A DNA stretch of 61,798 bases, counting the filler, from Sphacelaria rigidula (taxonomy: Eukaryota): the NCBI GenBank assembly GCA_964200075.2. It is 9 parts of 9 records of this genome, joined end to end, with 100 filler letters (N's around TTAATTAATTAA, not from the genome) between each part and the next. Parts side by side here need not be neighbours in the genome. Positions count along the whole stretch, not along the records: positions 20,637 to 27,414 come from CAXNAA020018132.1; positions 27,515 to 34,292 come from CAXNAA020018133.1; positions 34,393 to 41,169 come from CAXNAA020018134.1; 6 more parts are not named here. One strand, written 5' to 3'. The translations under genes were made by a program, and so were the position numbers. Each line of letters opens with the position of its first letter. The stretch's first letter is position 1. The notes beneath the pieces were generated by a model. That model saw only the letters and a list, made by a program, of their open reading frames with translations, did not search any database and had not been told where the DNA came from. Below, one piece after another: positions 23,696-36,271 of this stretch.

Positions 23696-23860
23696 ATGCC
23701 GCTCACCATGAGGCCAATTCCTCATGCTCTTAATCTCGGTGCTCCCGAGATTTACGGTCAAGGCTCATCTGGACAAGGGCCTCAAGGCACGCAGGTGTTG
23801 GAGGACGTGAACATGGCCAGCATGGTGGGAACGCTGTCGCAGCTTGCGGCCCTTTCCACG
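23696..23860 (+). CDS. SCAR: First coding exon of a SCAR/WAVE family protein (SCAR homology domain N-terminus)
   Basis: MPLTMR...LGAPEIY...LEDVNMASMVGTLSQLAALS matches the SCAR/WAVE pattern MPL...LE-x-V-x-MA-x-x-VG-x-L-x-QL-x-x-L. 55 codons end at donor GTAAGG (23861). The next exon was not found. Confidence 0.82.
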
Positions 23861-25409
23861 GTAAGGAGTACAACGACGCATTTCTGTCCCTTTTACGAAA
23901 GCTGGAAGCTTATCTATCAAGATGTCGTCAACATTTTCTGTATTTTCCAGTTCCAGTTGTTCTCACCGCGTCGACTGCGATTGTCTATCTTTTACACACA
24001 GACGGACAGTATATACGAGTATGGTCTAGTACGACGGTTGAAGCGTACTGCTCAATACATGAACTGCGTAAGCTCGTCAAAGCCACCCGGTTGCCGTAAC
24101 AACCTCTTCCGTCACACCTTTCTCCTACACCTGCTGTGCTTCTATACGCGGAATTAGGATTCGATGCATCTGGCTATACTTTACTATAGTGTTTGTGGAC
24201 AGTTGGGTAGAACGAGTGTTGAGCTAGTTCACTCCTTTCAGGCCCAACACATTGGCGCACACATTGCGCCGCTGCGAGACAGACAGCTGCTACAATCAAT
24301 CACCGAGGAGACAGAAGCTCCGTGCTGGCTCAGTTTGTTTGCCCCAACCTGCACGCACCCACCTTGAGTATATTTCCCCATCACAGCACCCGACTATAAC
24401 TGAAGTACACGAGAAGACGCAACAGACAGCTGCACTGCGGTCACCTGACACTTGTTTCAACCTCTACTATTTGGATAGCACTTTGATCCCACCCCAGTTC
24501 TGTCCAGACCGAAACACGGCATGCGGCAGTACAGCTGTTCAGATCCACAGCAGCACAGCGACAATTACAGCATAAAAACTATGGGTTTGGCGCCTTGTTC
24601 AGTTGACTCGAGACGAAATAGTCAACACAACATGAAGGTTTTAACAGTACGTGAAGAGCACTGCGTGCCGATAAAGCAACTCAGACAGTCCCAGCGGAGA
24701 TGAAATCGTCTGCACAAAAGCCTGAAGATACCACAGCGCAGCGACAGCTACAGCACACGAGACAGAGCATGGGTGTGTTTGTGCTGCAGCACAGTAATAC
24801 AAGACATGTCTCATGCGATGTTCTCTCCCTAATTTTGGGTGGGTACTCGATTTTGCCGAGTGGTGGTTTTCAAACGCTCGGCCACAATCGCGTCTCGCGC
24901 AAAAATGTATTTTTTCACTTTGAGTTACCCCTATCTGTGGGAGGTGAGCCCCTTTTTTTGCCATATGGCATGGTCACATTTCCGACGTCGGAACTACTGC
25001 ACAACACTGGCGTTGCAACCTCATGAATGAGCCAACAATAATTTCGGTATGTTTCAAAGCCGCAGCTTGAGATATGTCATTTTCCCCTCAGACATCACGT
25101 GGGCTTACAACCGAGAGCCTCGTCTCGGAGCAGCTTCCCCGCGTACAGGCTCGTTGCGGGTTCGTTGTTTCAAGCGGGAGGGGGTACGGGTTCCCAGATC
25201 AGCCGAAGAGCTTCCGGAGCAAAGCATGCGTGTTCCCAGAATATTTTGTGGATACACTTGGGATACAGTATAGTGCATGCAGTACGGCACCGACATGTAG
25301 TCGGTTGTATGCCGTCCTGGTCATAAGTATGAGATGCGTTTGCTATACGGGGCATGAGTGCATGTGCCTTCCTTTGATCAGATTTTTTTTCCGTCATACT
25401 TTTATTTTG

Positions 25410-25590
25410 GCCCCTCCCCCTCCTCGGGACGATCGGGATGGTTGGGACGTGGTCGCGATCCCAAGGAATCAACCGAACTCTTCCTCGGTACACGCCTTCG
25501 GTATCACCGGTTGGTGGGATCATGACTATCAGCACTCACGCACCGCGTCAAATCTTCAGTCAAACGTGCTCTTTTGCTAGTCACGTCCTC
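25410..25590 (-). mobile_element. SINE body fragment, related to 26005-26285
   Basis: Shares TCATGACTATCAGCA-x-TC-x-CGCACCGCGTCAA and its flanks with the second copy. Confidence 0.55.
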
Positions 25591-26004
25591 GCGCCTTCAA
25601 CTACACAGACACAGCACCACTAAACTTTGCTCCAGTAAGGGGGAAATATGTTATAGTTGGGCACCAATTGTGAGTTGTAAAGTGAGTATTTCCTTATTTC
25701 AAACTCGCCTGTCCAATGGTGTCAGTTCCGTAACCTCTGCTGGTGGACGTGACTTCTCTTGAAATGTCTGCACCCCTGAAACTTCCCAACCATTTAGGAA
25801 GTGGAATCGTGTAGACATTGATCTGTAGATTTGATTGTCGCACATCAACATTTCAACTGATTCCCAAGGGATCCATCCGTGGTGGCATGATGTACGTACT
25901 CGAGACTGAACAAGACTGAAACACTTGCTGAAGGAAACTGGAGAAAACAGAAAGCTACAAGACGCAAACAGTCAGTAAACACTTGTGTTTTGCCCCAGTT
26001 TGAA

Positions 26005-26285
26005 CTCCCCCCTTTCCTCGGGATGAGTCCGTCGTCTCAAGAGATCAGCCCATCCCTCCCCTGTACAGTACTTGCATTTTGGTTTCGCGGATTGGGTCAT
26101 GACTATCAGCATTCCCGCACCGCGTCAACTCTCGTTGAACGAAGTCAAGCGGGGTCCTTCTTGTTTGCTCACGTACTCAAGATTTCGAGAGTGGGGATCA
26201 GATATTTCCACGAGAATCGAACCCACGTTTTTCCCGCCGTAATGGTGACGATGGAATCATTAGGATCATTAGGCCAAGGGGGTGC
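26005..26285 (-). mobile_element. tRNA-derived SINE, degenerate
   Basis: On the minus strand, A-box-like TGGCCTAATG and B box GGTTCGATTC (26214-26223) precede the shared body. Confidence 0.55.
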
Positions 26286-28097
26286 AGCGATATATGCATA
26301 TATTTGTAACCCTTCTCAAAATATTCGTTGCGCTGACATCTCCTTGTCAAAACAATCGGATCTTGTTTTTGAGGGGGTGGAGAGGGGGGGTACTTGGAAC
26401 GAAACTCATCGTGGATCAACCAAGCCCCAGGGCGAAAAGAGCTTCGCGCACCACGTGCCCAACCGAAAATCGCATGTTTTCACTTTCATTGTTATCGTCA
26501 GCATCTGCTATTTTCCATTCCTCTCCTTCTCTCTTTCCCTCTTTTTTCGTTCTTGTTGTGCTTTGTTCAATCTACACCGTTTATTGTATCTTGTCTTTAC
26601 ACATTCTCGATTTTCGTTTAGTGAATGTTTCCGTTTTGTTGACCTCGGGGATGTTTGTTTGGTCAATATGACTCGATCTCTCCAAGATTATAACTAGAAC
26701 AGTATGCCCGCCACAATCAGCCAGTTGAGCAGTCAAGATCTCGGACTGTAAGGGCCAGCGATTTGCAGCAGGCAACAAGCACGACGTACTGATAAAAAGC
26801 TCTCTTCGGAGGGTTTTGGCCGTTGCCTTCCCGGTTTGATGTGATGTGGGCGAGGAGATTTTTCGCCGTTGTTGGTGTCGAGGAGCCGGCTCGCCACTTG
26901 TCATCGTTCAGAGATGGGTTTTCGAGTGTCTTGGTGCGCTTAAGTAGCGTACCTTGGAATGTAAGTGGTTTCCTCCACTTCGACCCGCCACGCTACGGGC
27001 ATGCGAAATCGCGGAACCCCCTCCTGTAAGACACTGCACTGTGCACCATGCACGGCAGTGAGGAACATAACGTTCGGCCTTTACTTTACTCGCCGGAGTC
27101 TTGGTGATCCGTGATGAAAGAAACACGTCGTGCTGTTGTCCGTTTCGAGAGGTTCGCGCTTCCGACACTGGCGAGTTTTTTTGTACGGCTTCATGACGCC
27201 TCGCACGAGAGGAAGCAGCGTTGGTCATTATGTTTCGGAGCGAAATGTGGTGGAGCGCAACACCTGGCCCATTCTCATGTTTTGACACCGATTGGAAGTC
27301 TACATGAAAACATCTCCCCCCCCCCCCCCCCCCCCCCCCCCACACAAACACAAGTAGTTTTTTTTTCTTTCCGCCGCCTGATACGGTGTTTATCTTTTCT
27401 GATTGTGAGAGTGCNNNNNNNNNNNNNNNNNNNNNNNNNNNNNNNNNNNNNNNNNNNNTTAATTAATTAANNNNNNNNNNNNNNNNNNNNNNNNNNNNNN
27501 NNNNNNNNNNNNNNTCATGATACTAAAACCAAGTAATTTCCAGACGAATCATTATTTGTCCGACCCTTGGATTTTTCCCTCGGACACCCATGTCGCTACA
27601 AAAGTCGTCGCTCCGTCATTCATGCGGTCATGCAATTAGATATTCCTGGCGATTGTGCCGTTGTCGTTGGATTTAGTAGCGAATCTTCCCATCGTCGCTT
27701 AGGTGTGCCCGCCAGCTCTTTCCCATGCCCATCTTCGTGTCCCCCTTGCCCATCCAAGACGCAGCACTCCGCAGGTGCCCGCGGATACACGTTATACGAA
27801 TTTTGGGGCGTCCACAGCTTAAAATAGGTATGGACAAGTCGAACGATGTGCGTCCAAAGTAAATCGGGTTGTGGTCGCACGCGTTGTAGCGTTGTGCAAC
27901 CGTCGTCAACCCACCTGTACCCTGGGACATTCGCTTTGCGATTCGGTTTACGATGTGCACATGTCGTTCAAGTTTACGATAACCTTGGGAAGCTCCAAAG
28001 TGCAGATAACGTGTACAATCGGCCACCCGTGAACATTCTCACACTACCGCTTGGAAAACGACCAACGTTGATCCACAATTTCCTCCGGGACTTGAGT

Positions 28098-29387
28098 CTA
28101 CCGGACTTTCACTAATTTCTTTGATCGTTTCACGAAAATTGAAACGTTAGGGGACAACGTCACATCCGGAATTGGGTGACAAAACCCGTCTCCCAGTATC
28201 ACCCGCTGCAGCGAAACAGGCCATGCCACACCCTCGATTGGCTGATTGAAGTTCCTCCCGAATTTCAAGTGATGCAGCGAAGCAGGCCACGCCACGCTTT
28301 CGATTGGTTGGTTGAAGCATTCTCCTAGCGTCAATCGATGCAAAGAAGCAGGCCACTCCACACTCTCGATTGGCTGATTGAAGCGTGTTCCGAACGTCAA
28401 CCACTGCAGCGAAGCAGGCCACACTACCCACTCAACTGGCTGGTTGAAATTCCGCCCGAATACCACCTGCTTCAGGGATGCAGGCCAAGCCACATCCTGA
28501 ATTGCTTGATTGAAGGTACCTCCGAACATCAACCGCTGCAGTGAAGCAGGCCATGCAACCTGCTCGACTGGCTGGTTAAAGTCTCGCTCGAATGTCAGTT
28601 GTTGCAGTGATGCAGGCCACGACACACCTTCGATGGGCTGGTCAAACGACCGCCTGAACTTCAACTGCTGTAGCGAGGGAGGCCAAATCACACCTTCGAT
28701 TGGTTGGTTAAAATTATACCCGAACGTCAGCTCCTGCAGTGACGTAGGCCAGATGACATCCTCAATCGGCTGGTCGAAGAAATCTCCGAACGTCAGCTGT
28801 TGCAATGACGCAGGCCACGTCACGCCCTCAACTGGTTTGTTGAAGTACCTCCCGAACTCCAACTGCTGCAGAGAGGCAGGCCACGCCACTTGCGTAATTG
28901 ATTGGTTGAATTTTGCTCCATCGGACTTCTCCCTGTAAATCAACAGCCTACTGTCGTGGTCAAACACAATCTTCTTGAGCCGCTGTGGCCAGACGGCATT
29001 GTCCAGACTATCGTCGAACTCTTTGTCGAAGCATACACTACGTACATTGGCCAAGGCCTCGCTCTCGCTTGACATGACCTCCGCGTCAGCACTCGACGTC
29101 GTCCACACCACTTCACGAGCTCGTAACAAAGGTATCCGAGTCCTGTGGGGGGGGCTCCTGTTTCCGGCTGTCGGAGTCCGAGATTGCTCGGCGGGTGCCC
29201 ATAGCCTTCGGGGTGTAAATCCATCGATGGTCACGCGTAACGTGCTCACGGTACGGCAAGCCATGCAGAACTGTAGTGACGCCAGCTGCAAGTATTCCGT
29301 GGGTAAATACGACCCTTGCTCGGAGGAAGCCCCGTTAAGTGCAATGATGCAGGCATCCAGAAACAGGTTACCGCCTGGGACAAACAC
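28098..29387 (-). CDS. FNIP/IP22 leucine-rich repeat protein
   Basis: Uninterrupted 429-codon ORF. 11 complete 22-aa repeats FNQPIEGV-x-WP-x-SLQ-x-L-x-FG-x-x (28185-28910) plus degenerate first and last repeats. The true start is uncertain. Confidence 0.9.
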   Translation of the reverse strand: MFVPGGNLFLDACIIALNGASSEQGSYLPTEYLQLASLQFCMACRTVSTLRVTIDGFTPRRLWAPAEQSRTPTAGNRSPPHRTRIPLLRAREVVWTTSSADAEVMSSESEALANVRSVCFDKEFDDSLDNAVWPQRLKKIVFDHDSRLLIYREKSDGAKFNQSITQVAWPASLQQLEFGRYFNKPVEGVTWPASLQQLTFGDFFDQPIEDVIWPTSLQELTFGYNFNQPIEGVIWPPSLQQLKFRRSFDQPIEGVSWPASLQQLTFERDFNQPVEQVAWPASLQRLMFGGTFNQAIQDVAWPASLKQVVFGRNFNQPVEWVVWPASLQWLTFGTRFNQPIESVEWPASLHRLTLGECFNQPIESVAWPASLHHLKFGRNFNQPIEGVAWPVSLQRVILGDGFCHPIPDVTLSPNVSIFVKRSKKLVKVR

Positions 29388-30088
29388 GAAGGAAGGGCGT
29401 TTCGCTTACTTAGTTCACAGAGAGGATTCTAGAAGCTCGCGTGGGACAACCAAGCACACAAACCGATACAGTTACAGCCTGATTACGGGAATCAGACAGG
29501 CATCTGTTCTGTTTCGCACTGGGATGAAATCAACCTGAATAGGGCATACCATTTCTCCAAGCACGGGTGCAAAGTCTACATCGTTTACAACAACGTCAGT
29601 TGAACATTGGCCAATCTCTTTTCCCGGCAGCGTGACTGGCGCAAAGTTTGCAGTGTAGGCAAAACGTTGGATCTCCACCACACAATCCCGGAAATATCCA
29701 ATCATTTTCGCGCAAGGGTATATCTATTCAAGTTTTGAGGAAGACATGGAAGAGGAATCGCTCGCTGATGTGCATCACATTAAGGGTCTGGCAAACTGGG
29801 AATGCAAGTCCAACTACCAACGAGTGACTACACCAGCGTTGTCTGGAAGTAGAAAGAAGGTCTGGCCGAGGACAGATTCATGGGTGCACGCCGTATGCGA
29901 AACAAGCACTCCTTTGTGAACAAGTTCGATACGCGAGTCCCCCACAGTGACATCGCGCGATTGACTGCAGGTTTATTAACGAAGCCGGCCAGCCATTTTG
30001 CGAATTTTTAATTCGCTGGATTTTGCAGAGGTCTCCATGTTTCATCCCAGGGCCGTCATCTCGGTTATCGATGCTGCTATTATGTGGT

Positions 30089-30160
30089 GAAATAATAATG
30101 CTCCTCATTGTGGCCCAGCTACCCAACCCGAAATAATAATGCTCCTCATTGTGGCCCAGC
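30089..30160. repeat. Perfect 31-bp direct duplication with 10-bp spacer
   Basis: GAAATAATAATGCTCCTCATTGTGGCCCAGC at 30089-30119 and 30130-30160. Confidence 0.9.
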
Positions 30161-31220
30161 GCGTTTGCGTCGGGTGATCGCGGTTTGCTCTTCTACATAC
30201 ATCCCAACAAATTTGGTCAAAACAAAATGACGAGAATCGAACCCCGTGGCGAACTTTTGCCAAGAACTCTTGTTATTTTGAAACTTCAACAAAAGATGGT
30301 CCCGGGGTTCGATTTCCTCCATGATCGTTCTTGAGCAATTTTCTCAACATGAAATAGTAGAGAAGACCACACCGGGATGACGCGGTGCAAACGCGCTAGG
30401 CCAGAATAAGTACGATAGAACCCTAAACAGTAGCAGCGTTGAATAACGGGATGACAGCCCCGAGACGAACGGTAGTTCGATCCATAGCATCAACAGCTTG
30501 GATGGTCATCGGGATGACCTTTTTGTCAAGATGTCACGAGAACCACTCAGCTACTCAGTCAGCGCTGACGGGGTAGCTCAATGATCATTGCGACACTTGG
30601 ACACTTTGAAAACCGGACTCCCAGAAACATGGGGTTTGCACGCAGGGACCTTTTTGAGTTGACCCCTCGGCAGCGTTTGCAGGGTGGATAGACAGTCAGG
30701 CGAGTACACTACCTCGGAGAAACGTGTTCTACTATCTGAGAGGATTCCAGCACACATTGGCGATTTCTGGTGTGCGCACTTTGACTCGAGGCGAAGATGA
30801 AAATCGTGCACTTTTGTACAAACCGACACCAGACGTACAGGTCTTGCATACCTTTTCATGAATCAGTGAGGTCTGCATGCAAGTTTCTCAGGCAAATACC
30901 GACTATATACTGTACTGCTCCTTGGGTAAGCTCACTCCGTACAGTACAACATCAAGAATATCCCTATGCGGTACAAAGACAGGACAACAAAATCAGCGAC
31001 GACGACCCCAAGGCGAGAAACATGAATGCAGTGTCCAACAGAGACTCACAAGCGAACGCCTACAACTAGAATCCTACGATGGCAACGACATTCCAAATTC
31101 GTGGAAAGCCTCAGAACGTACAGCACTACCGACGCGAAATGGATACCAAACAACGTGCCAAACCGCATTCCCTACACAGGGCGACCAAGAAACACAGTCC
31201 AGAAAACCCTGCTCCGGTTT

Positions 31221-31814
31221 TTAAGAAAAAACTCCGCGGAAGAAGCTGCGCATATCGGTCTGTGGAGAGCGCCACATGGCGTATGCTTCGATAAAAGCCA
31301 TCTTGGCCTTGCGAATCGCCGAGTACGCATCCTCAATTCCACATCGTTCAGCCCACTCCTCTAGGAAATTCAACTGGTCGGTAACTATATGGTACGGGAG
31401 TGGTGCAGTGTTTCTCGTCTCGCTTTCCTTGTCGGGATTTACGATCTCAATTTCTTCGTCGCATATTCTGTGCGTTTCGTACATGCTTGCGGGGTCCTGG
31501 GCACCGCAAAGACCGTCAAGGTAGTCCCCACAACCTCCACGACATAAATGTGTGCCGACTGTTGACACGCTGGGGGTAAGAGTTGGCAATTTGCACTGCT
31601 CCCCTGCTGCGCAAGGCATGGTTTCCAGCGAAGTGCGCGGGTCCGACCTTCTTCGACTACTAGAACATGACATCTGTACAATTTTTTTTAAAGTGGTCCC
31701 TTTGAAGACACACTGTGCCTTATAGTGGACACGAGTTGGGGCAACCGAAAAAGCGTGCCCTTAAACGGGCCTGTGCCTTAAAAGGGAGTGCCTTAAAAAG
31801 GGCCACCCACTGTA
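31221..31814 (-). mobile_element. pogo/Tigger-like DNA transposon deletion derivative
   Basis: End TA|CAGTGGGTGGCCCTTTTTAAGGCAC with four GTGCCTTA-like subterminal repeats. ORF 31221-31619 joins a Cys/His-rich N-terminus to a pogo-type C-terminus (QTDMRSFF), with no DDE domain. The other TIR was not found. Confidence 0.65.
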
Positions 31815-34225
31815 TTTACTCCGAGTCAAGCTGCACGCACCGAAAATCGTTAAAGTGTGCTGAAATCCTCTCAAATAGAACAAGCCAGTAGGAGGTGGAA
31901 TGGCCTGTCTGGGCATTTATTCACGCGAAAAATGCTGCCGAGGGATGAACTCATGCACTTTCAATTGGTTTGCATCTTTGGCCCTGTAAGAGGTTGTTCA
32001 AGGTGGGACACGTAAGACCTTTTTTGTAAACAATCCTCCACGATGCGGTCGCGTGTGGCTTGGAGTGTAGCTTATCACTACAATACTGCAAGGTTATGCT
32101 CCATAGAGTACAGGTACGCTCGGTAGAGTTTCAGCTTTTCCTTCAGGATATGAAAAAACTGCCGGGTACCGGTATGGGAGGCTTGCAGAACTCACAGAAA
32201 TGTCGGGGACGGGTCTAGGTGGAATACAGAAAACCGTACCCTCACCCAGGTGATTTTACGAGAGCATCTCAGTGCCATGCGTACGAGTATGGTGGGTTCA
32301 TAGAAAATCACAGGACTGTCGCATACGGGTATGTGAGGCGTATAGCACTACAGATTTGTCGGGTGCGGGGTCATACCCGGGTGAATAAACCCCGGGTATA
32401 CACCTCAACACAGCGAGGAACAAAGGCTACTTACCCTGGCATGTATCATTATAAATCTCACATTGACGGCTTCCACCACTACATGAGCACTTTTGATTTC
32501 GCGTAGAAACCACAGGAACATTGAAGCTTGCAGGTGGATGGTGTTGGAGTGGACGATGTGTCTGTGAAATGGCAGTATATGTGTGATCATGACGTCAGAT
32601 ACATTATAACATCGGATAAAAGCAGACGAATGTGAAGCTCAAGAGGATAGGGCCAGGGCACGTCGTGCCGTTTTGAGTAGCAGCTATGTCTCTTCCGTCC
32701 GTCGCCTTTGCTGTTCAGCATCAAGTAGCAGAGGCTGAATGTCGCAGCCTGCTTGTGCCATGTAGAAAATTCAAGTGATGGAAAGGACGACCGAAGAACA
32801 GTCGTTGCTCGGAACAAACCATTGATATGGCCCAGCCCCGTACTGGATGACCTTATACAATGAGCATCGTTCTGGGTATCCAACTGCTATACTGCATTGT
32901 ATACAGGCTGTTGGAAGATCAAGATCGGTTGACGACAATGGACAACCTCTGCCGTGGTACTGCTACATGCCCCCGCCCTCACTACAGCAGAGTACACTAG
33001 AGGAGACACGGCTGACTGCTGTCTTCATGCCAAAACGGATGGAGTGTCATGTGGACGTACAACGCGCAGTCATCATAAACATTTGATTAACGGATTTCAA
33101 AGTATAAAAAATCCGTACATGTATACACAGATAGGATTCCTTCTCTTTGCACGAAAGGAACACAATGATTTCAGTTCATAATTTCACCGCTTTTCACGGA
33201 ACAACGAGACGGAATGGAACGGGATGATTCGTTATCTGGAAGGGAACGGGACGCCTATTTCCCTACTGCCTGAAATGACGACAGGACAGAACGGGAGACT
33301 TGAGAATTTAGAGGGACGGGAAGTGTAGTCTTAAAGAAACTACGGGACCTGGGGTACTTTGCGAAGTTGTTCAAAACGAAACGGGACGGGGGATGGCTCG
33401 TCCTCTCCAGTACTCACGGAACGAACGAGCCTCGTCTCGTTGAATTTCGTCCCGTCACATCCCGCTCTCGAGGAAAACACGATTCACGCCTCGTGAGGTC
33501 CCGTCCCGCATTCAAGGTATAGTGCGTACCAACACCCCAAACCAACCGTTTTGAAACAGGAATTTGCTGAATGACATGATGGCATTGACTCTTCGGCGCA
33601 CGACTAGAGCAATCAACAGCATTTTTTTCGTGAAATAGGCACTAACAGCGATTCAATCCAAGGGAAACGAGAGCAACCACTGCTGACAAAGAACTCTACC
33701 ACGTATCAATGAACGCAATACCCCACCTCTAACCCATCACCAAGCTATCACTAACCGAGACAATTCGAGCTAGAGGCTTGGCTCCTTGGTTTCGCCGAAC
33801 GTCTCTCCCAACACTTAACGTGTACTCCTCACGATAATGACGGTTTCATGTTAGCACTGTAATGTACATCAGCGCTGCATAGTGAAAAGCTTAAAATAAT
33901 TTGCGATTCAAGGATGAAAGGTCTCGTATCGGTACAAATGCAAATTGCACTTGATATCTCAGTCCATCACTAAACACAGCCGCCGATGATACTCGACAGG
34001 TGATTGATGCTGCAGTACAGTATTGGCTACTGTACAGATTGAGGCTTCACTGCGTATAGCAGCTGGCGAAACTCCTTCGGCCCTGCTTGTTGGTATCACA
34101 GTGCCTCACTGACTGCCGTGCTGCACTGGATGCCGTATTATGCTACGCTGGCTACTGTACGAGCTGGGCCAGCCGTAAAACTTAGAGTCCCTCCGCACAC
34201 AACAACTTCCTCAGTTTCCCGAATC

Positions 34226-34292
34226 AGTGTGTGTGTGTTGTGTGTGTTGTCGTCCCATTTATTCTGGGCACCAGTCTACATCTTTCGGAGAT
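34226..34292 (-). mobile_element. SINE 3' tail, same family as 55284-55838, cut by contig end
   Basis: GTGTGTTGTCGTCCCATTTATTCTGGGCACCAGTCTACA is a diverged reverse complement of ~55796-55838. Confidence 0.7.
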
Positions 34293-34580
34293 NNNNNNNN
34301 NNNNNNNNNNNNNNNNNNNNNNNNNNNNNNNNNNNNTTAATTAATTAANNNNNNNNNNNNNNNNNNNNNNNNNNNNNNNNNNNNNNNNNNNNACCACCAA
34401 GCGCGAAGCGCCGTGGTGTGTTCGGCGAGCCGCATGAAGGGCGAGCTGCATTCTGCCAAGATTGTTCGATCCGAAGCCCATTGATTATCTTGCATTTGGA
34501 TGGCAGCCTACAATGAGTATGCATGGTTCAGATGGACTACCCTTGCGGTCTAAGGGTTAAAGGTATCTTAGTAAGGATTT

Positions 34581-34835
34581 CACACCATGGACAATATATG
34601 GTCAATAGATGCAATATACAAAAAACGTACTGGGTAAAGTATGGGGCTATTGCAACTATTGTATTATATACAATATATGGTCAATAGATGCAATAGACAA
34701 AAATGTACTGGGTAAAGTATGGGCATATTGCAACTATTGTATCAATCGACAATAGTTGCTTGCGATAGGCCCATACTTTACCCAGTACATTTTTTTGTCT
34801 ATTGCATCTATTGACCATATTTTGTCCACGGTGTG
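34581..34835. mobile_element. 255-bp MITE with CA...TG termini and 8-bp TSD (hAT- or P-like)
   Basis: CACACCATGGACAA...TTGTCCACGGTGTG; AAGGATTT at 34573-34580 and 34836-34843. The interior is two direct ~78-bp units plus one inverted unit. Confidence 0.85.
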
Positions 34836-35412
34836 AAGGATTTTCAATTTTCGCGAGACTCTGGTACGAAGTGACCGCGAATCAGAAAGGTCGAATAACA
34901 CCATCTGCAGTGAGGCGGCGGCTGAGTTTCGGAGTATCCTGGAGACCGTTCAGGACCATATACAGGGGGGTTAAGATAAAGATCAGCTCACCACAGCAAT
35001 TGTTTGTGTGCGTTGGAACACTCCTCTTGCAGCTAATAAGTGGCTTGCAGAGGCCGTCACATACTGCTTCAGTATCGGTTATTGGACAAAATATAGTATT
35101 TTTTGTAATGAGGTCAAAGTATAGGGGAGGGGGTGGGGGGGGGTGGGTGCTACAACCGAGAGATGGGGCACTCCTCGTGTTCGCTCATACTGTACAAGGC
35201 TCACAACTTATTTTGTTGCGCCTTGCCAACCCCGTATATCAATGCAATTCGCCGGTTTGTCGAAATAATCAAGGGTCCTTGGGTGGAGAGACTTTAGAGG
35301 GGTAACATACCGCCCGCGGCTTGATGACTCGTCCCTGCCGCTTGGTGAAAGAGAGCAGACAAAAATAAGGCCTGCACCGGTACCCAGCACTGCGGAGATA
35401 AATGCAAGATAT

Positions 35413-36271
35413 TACACGCTGGGCCAGCCTACAAGCAGATTTTAACTTTGCAGACGAATTCGCATTTTTTTCCTTGGAGTTGGAAAGTGAAATTTGGTAT
35501 GGACAATCAACAGGGTATGAAGAAACGCTGTCTGTGAGGTCCCGACGATTTTTTTTTCTCGTGAGTTGAGGGCATTTTACTAAAACCTCAAAACTGATTA
35601 TTGCCCTTAATTCACGAAAAAAAAAAAAGTCGTCCGGACCACACAGACACTTTTTCTTCATGCCCTGTTGATTGTCCCTACCACATTTCACTTTCCAAGT
35701 CCAAGAAAAAAAAATGAGAATTTACCTTTGAAAAACCGGGCCGGCGGAAATTCGGAACAATATTTTGCAGGCCGTTCATCGGCCCACGTTGGGTGTTTGT
35801 GGGTTGAAACTGTGTGCGGGACCTTGCTAGGTCGTGATGAACCAAGAAAAACGGGTGAGGGTGGGTTTTGTTTTATTCCTCCCTGATTAGGGGCGTTTTA
35901 GTATGGTAATGATCATTTTTTTACGAGAACGCCCGAACCTCTCATGAAAAAATAAATAAATGAAAGCCCATTTTTTTTTTACTCAGCATAGCTCTGCCGT
36001 TCTCCATGCCAAGTTTCAAGTCACAACTCTAAAATTTGAGCTGAAAAATTGAGATAAGACGCAAGAGCAATGTTCATTTCTCCTCAACACCCCCCTAAAA
36101 ACCCGAAAAAAGATGAAAAAACCCGAAAAACCCCCGAAAAAGCTGTGTTTTTTTCATTGTGCACTAGCGGTTCTCCAAACCAAATTTCATAGCGCAACTC
36201 TCAAAAACTGAGGCGCGATATCCAGATTTAGGTCATCTAGTGCCTCTGCTCGTAATATACTGATTTTAGTA
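35413..36271 (+). repeat. Dispersed non-coding repeat, copy 2
   Basis: Collinear with 16898-17725. Confidence 0.8.

Noticed and set aside
28185..28910. Regular 66-bp repeats as a CRISPR-like array
   Set aside because: They are in-frame coding repeats with no unique spacers and no cas genes.
28338..29538. Plus-strand ORFs overlapping the FNIP gene
   Set aside because: Antisense shadows of a repetitive coding sequence.
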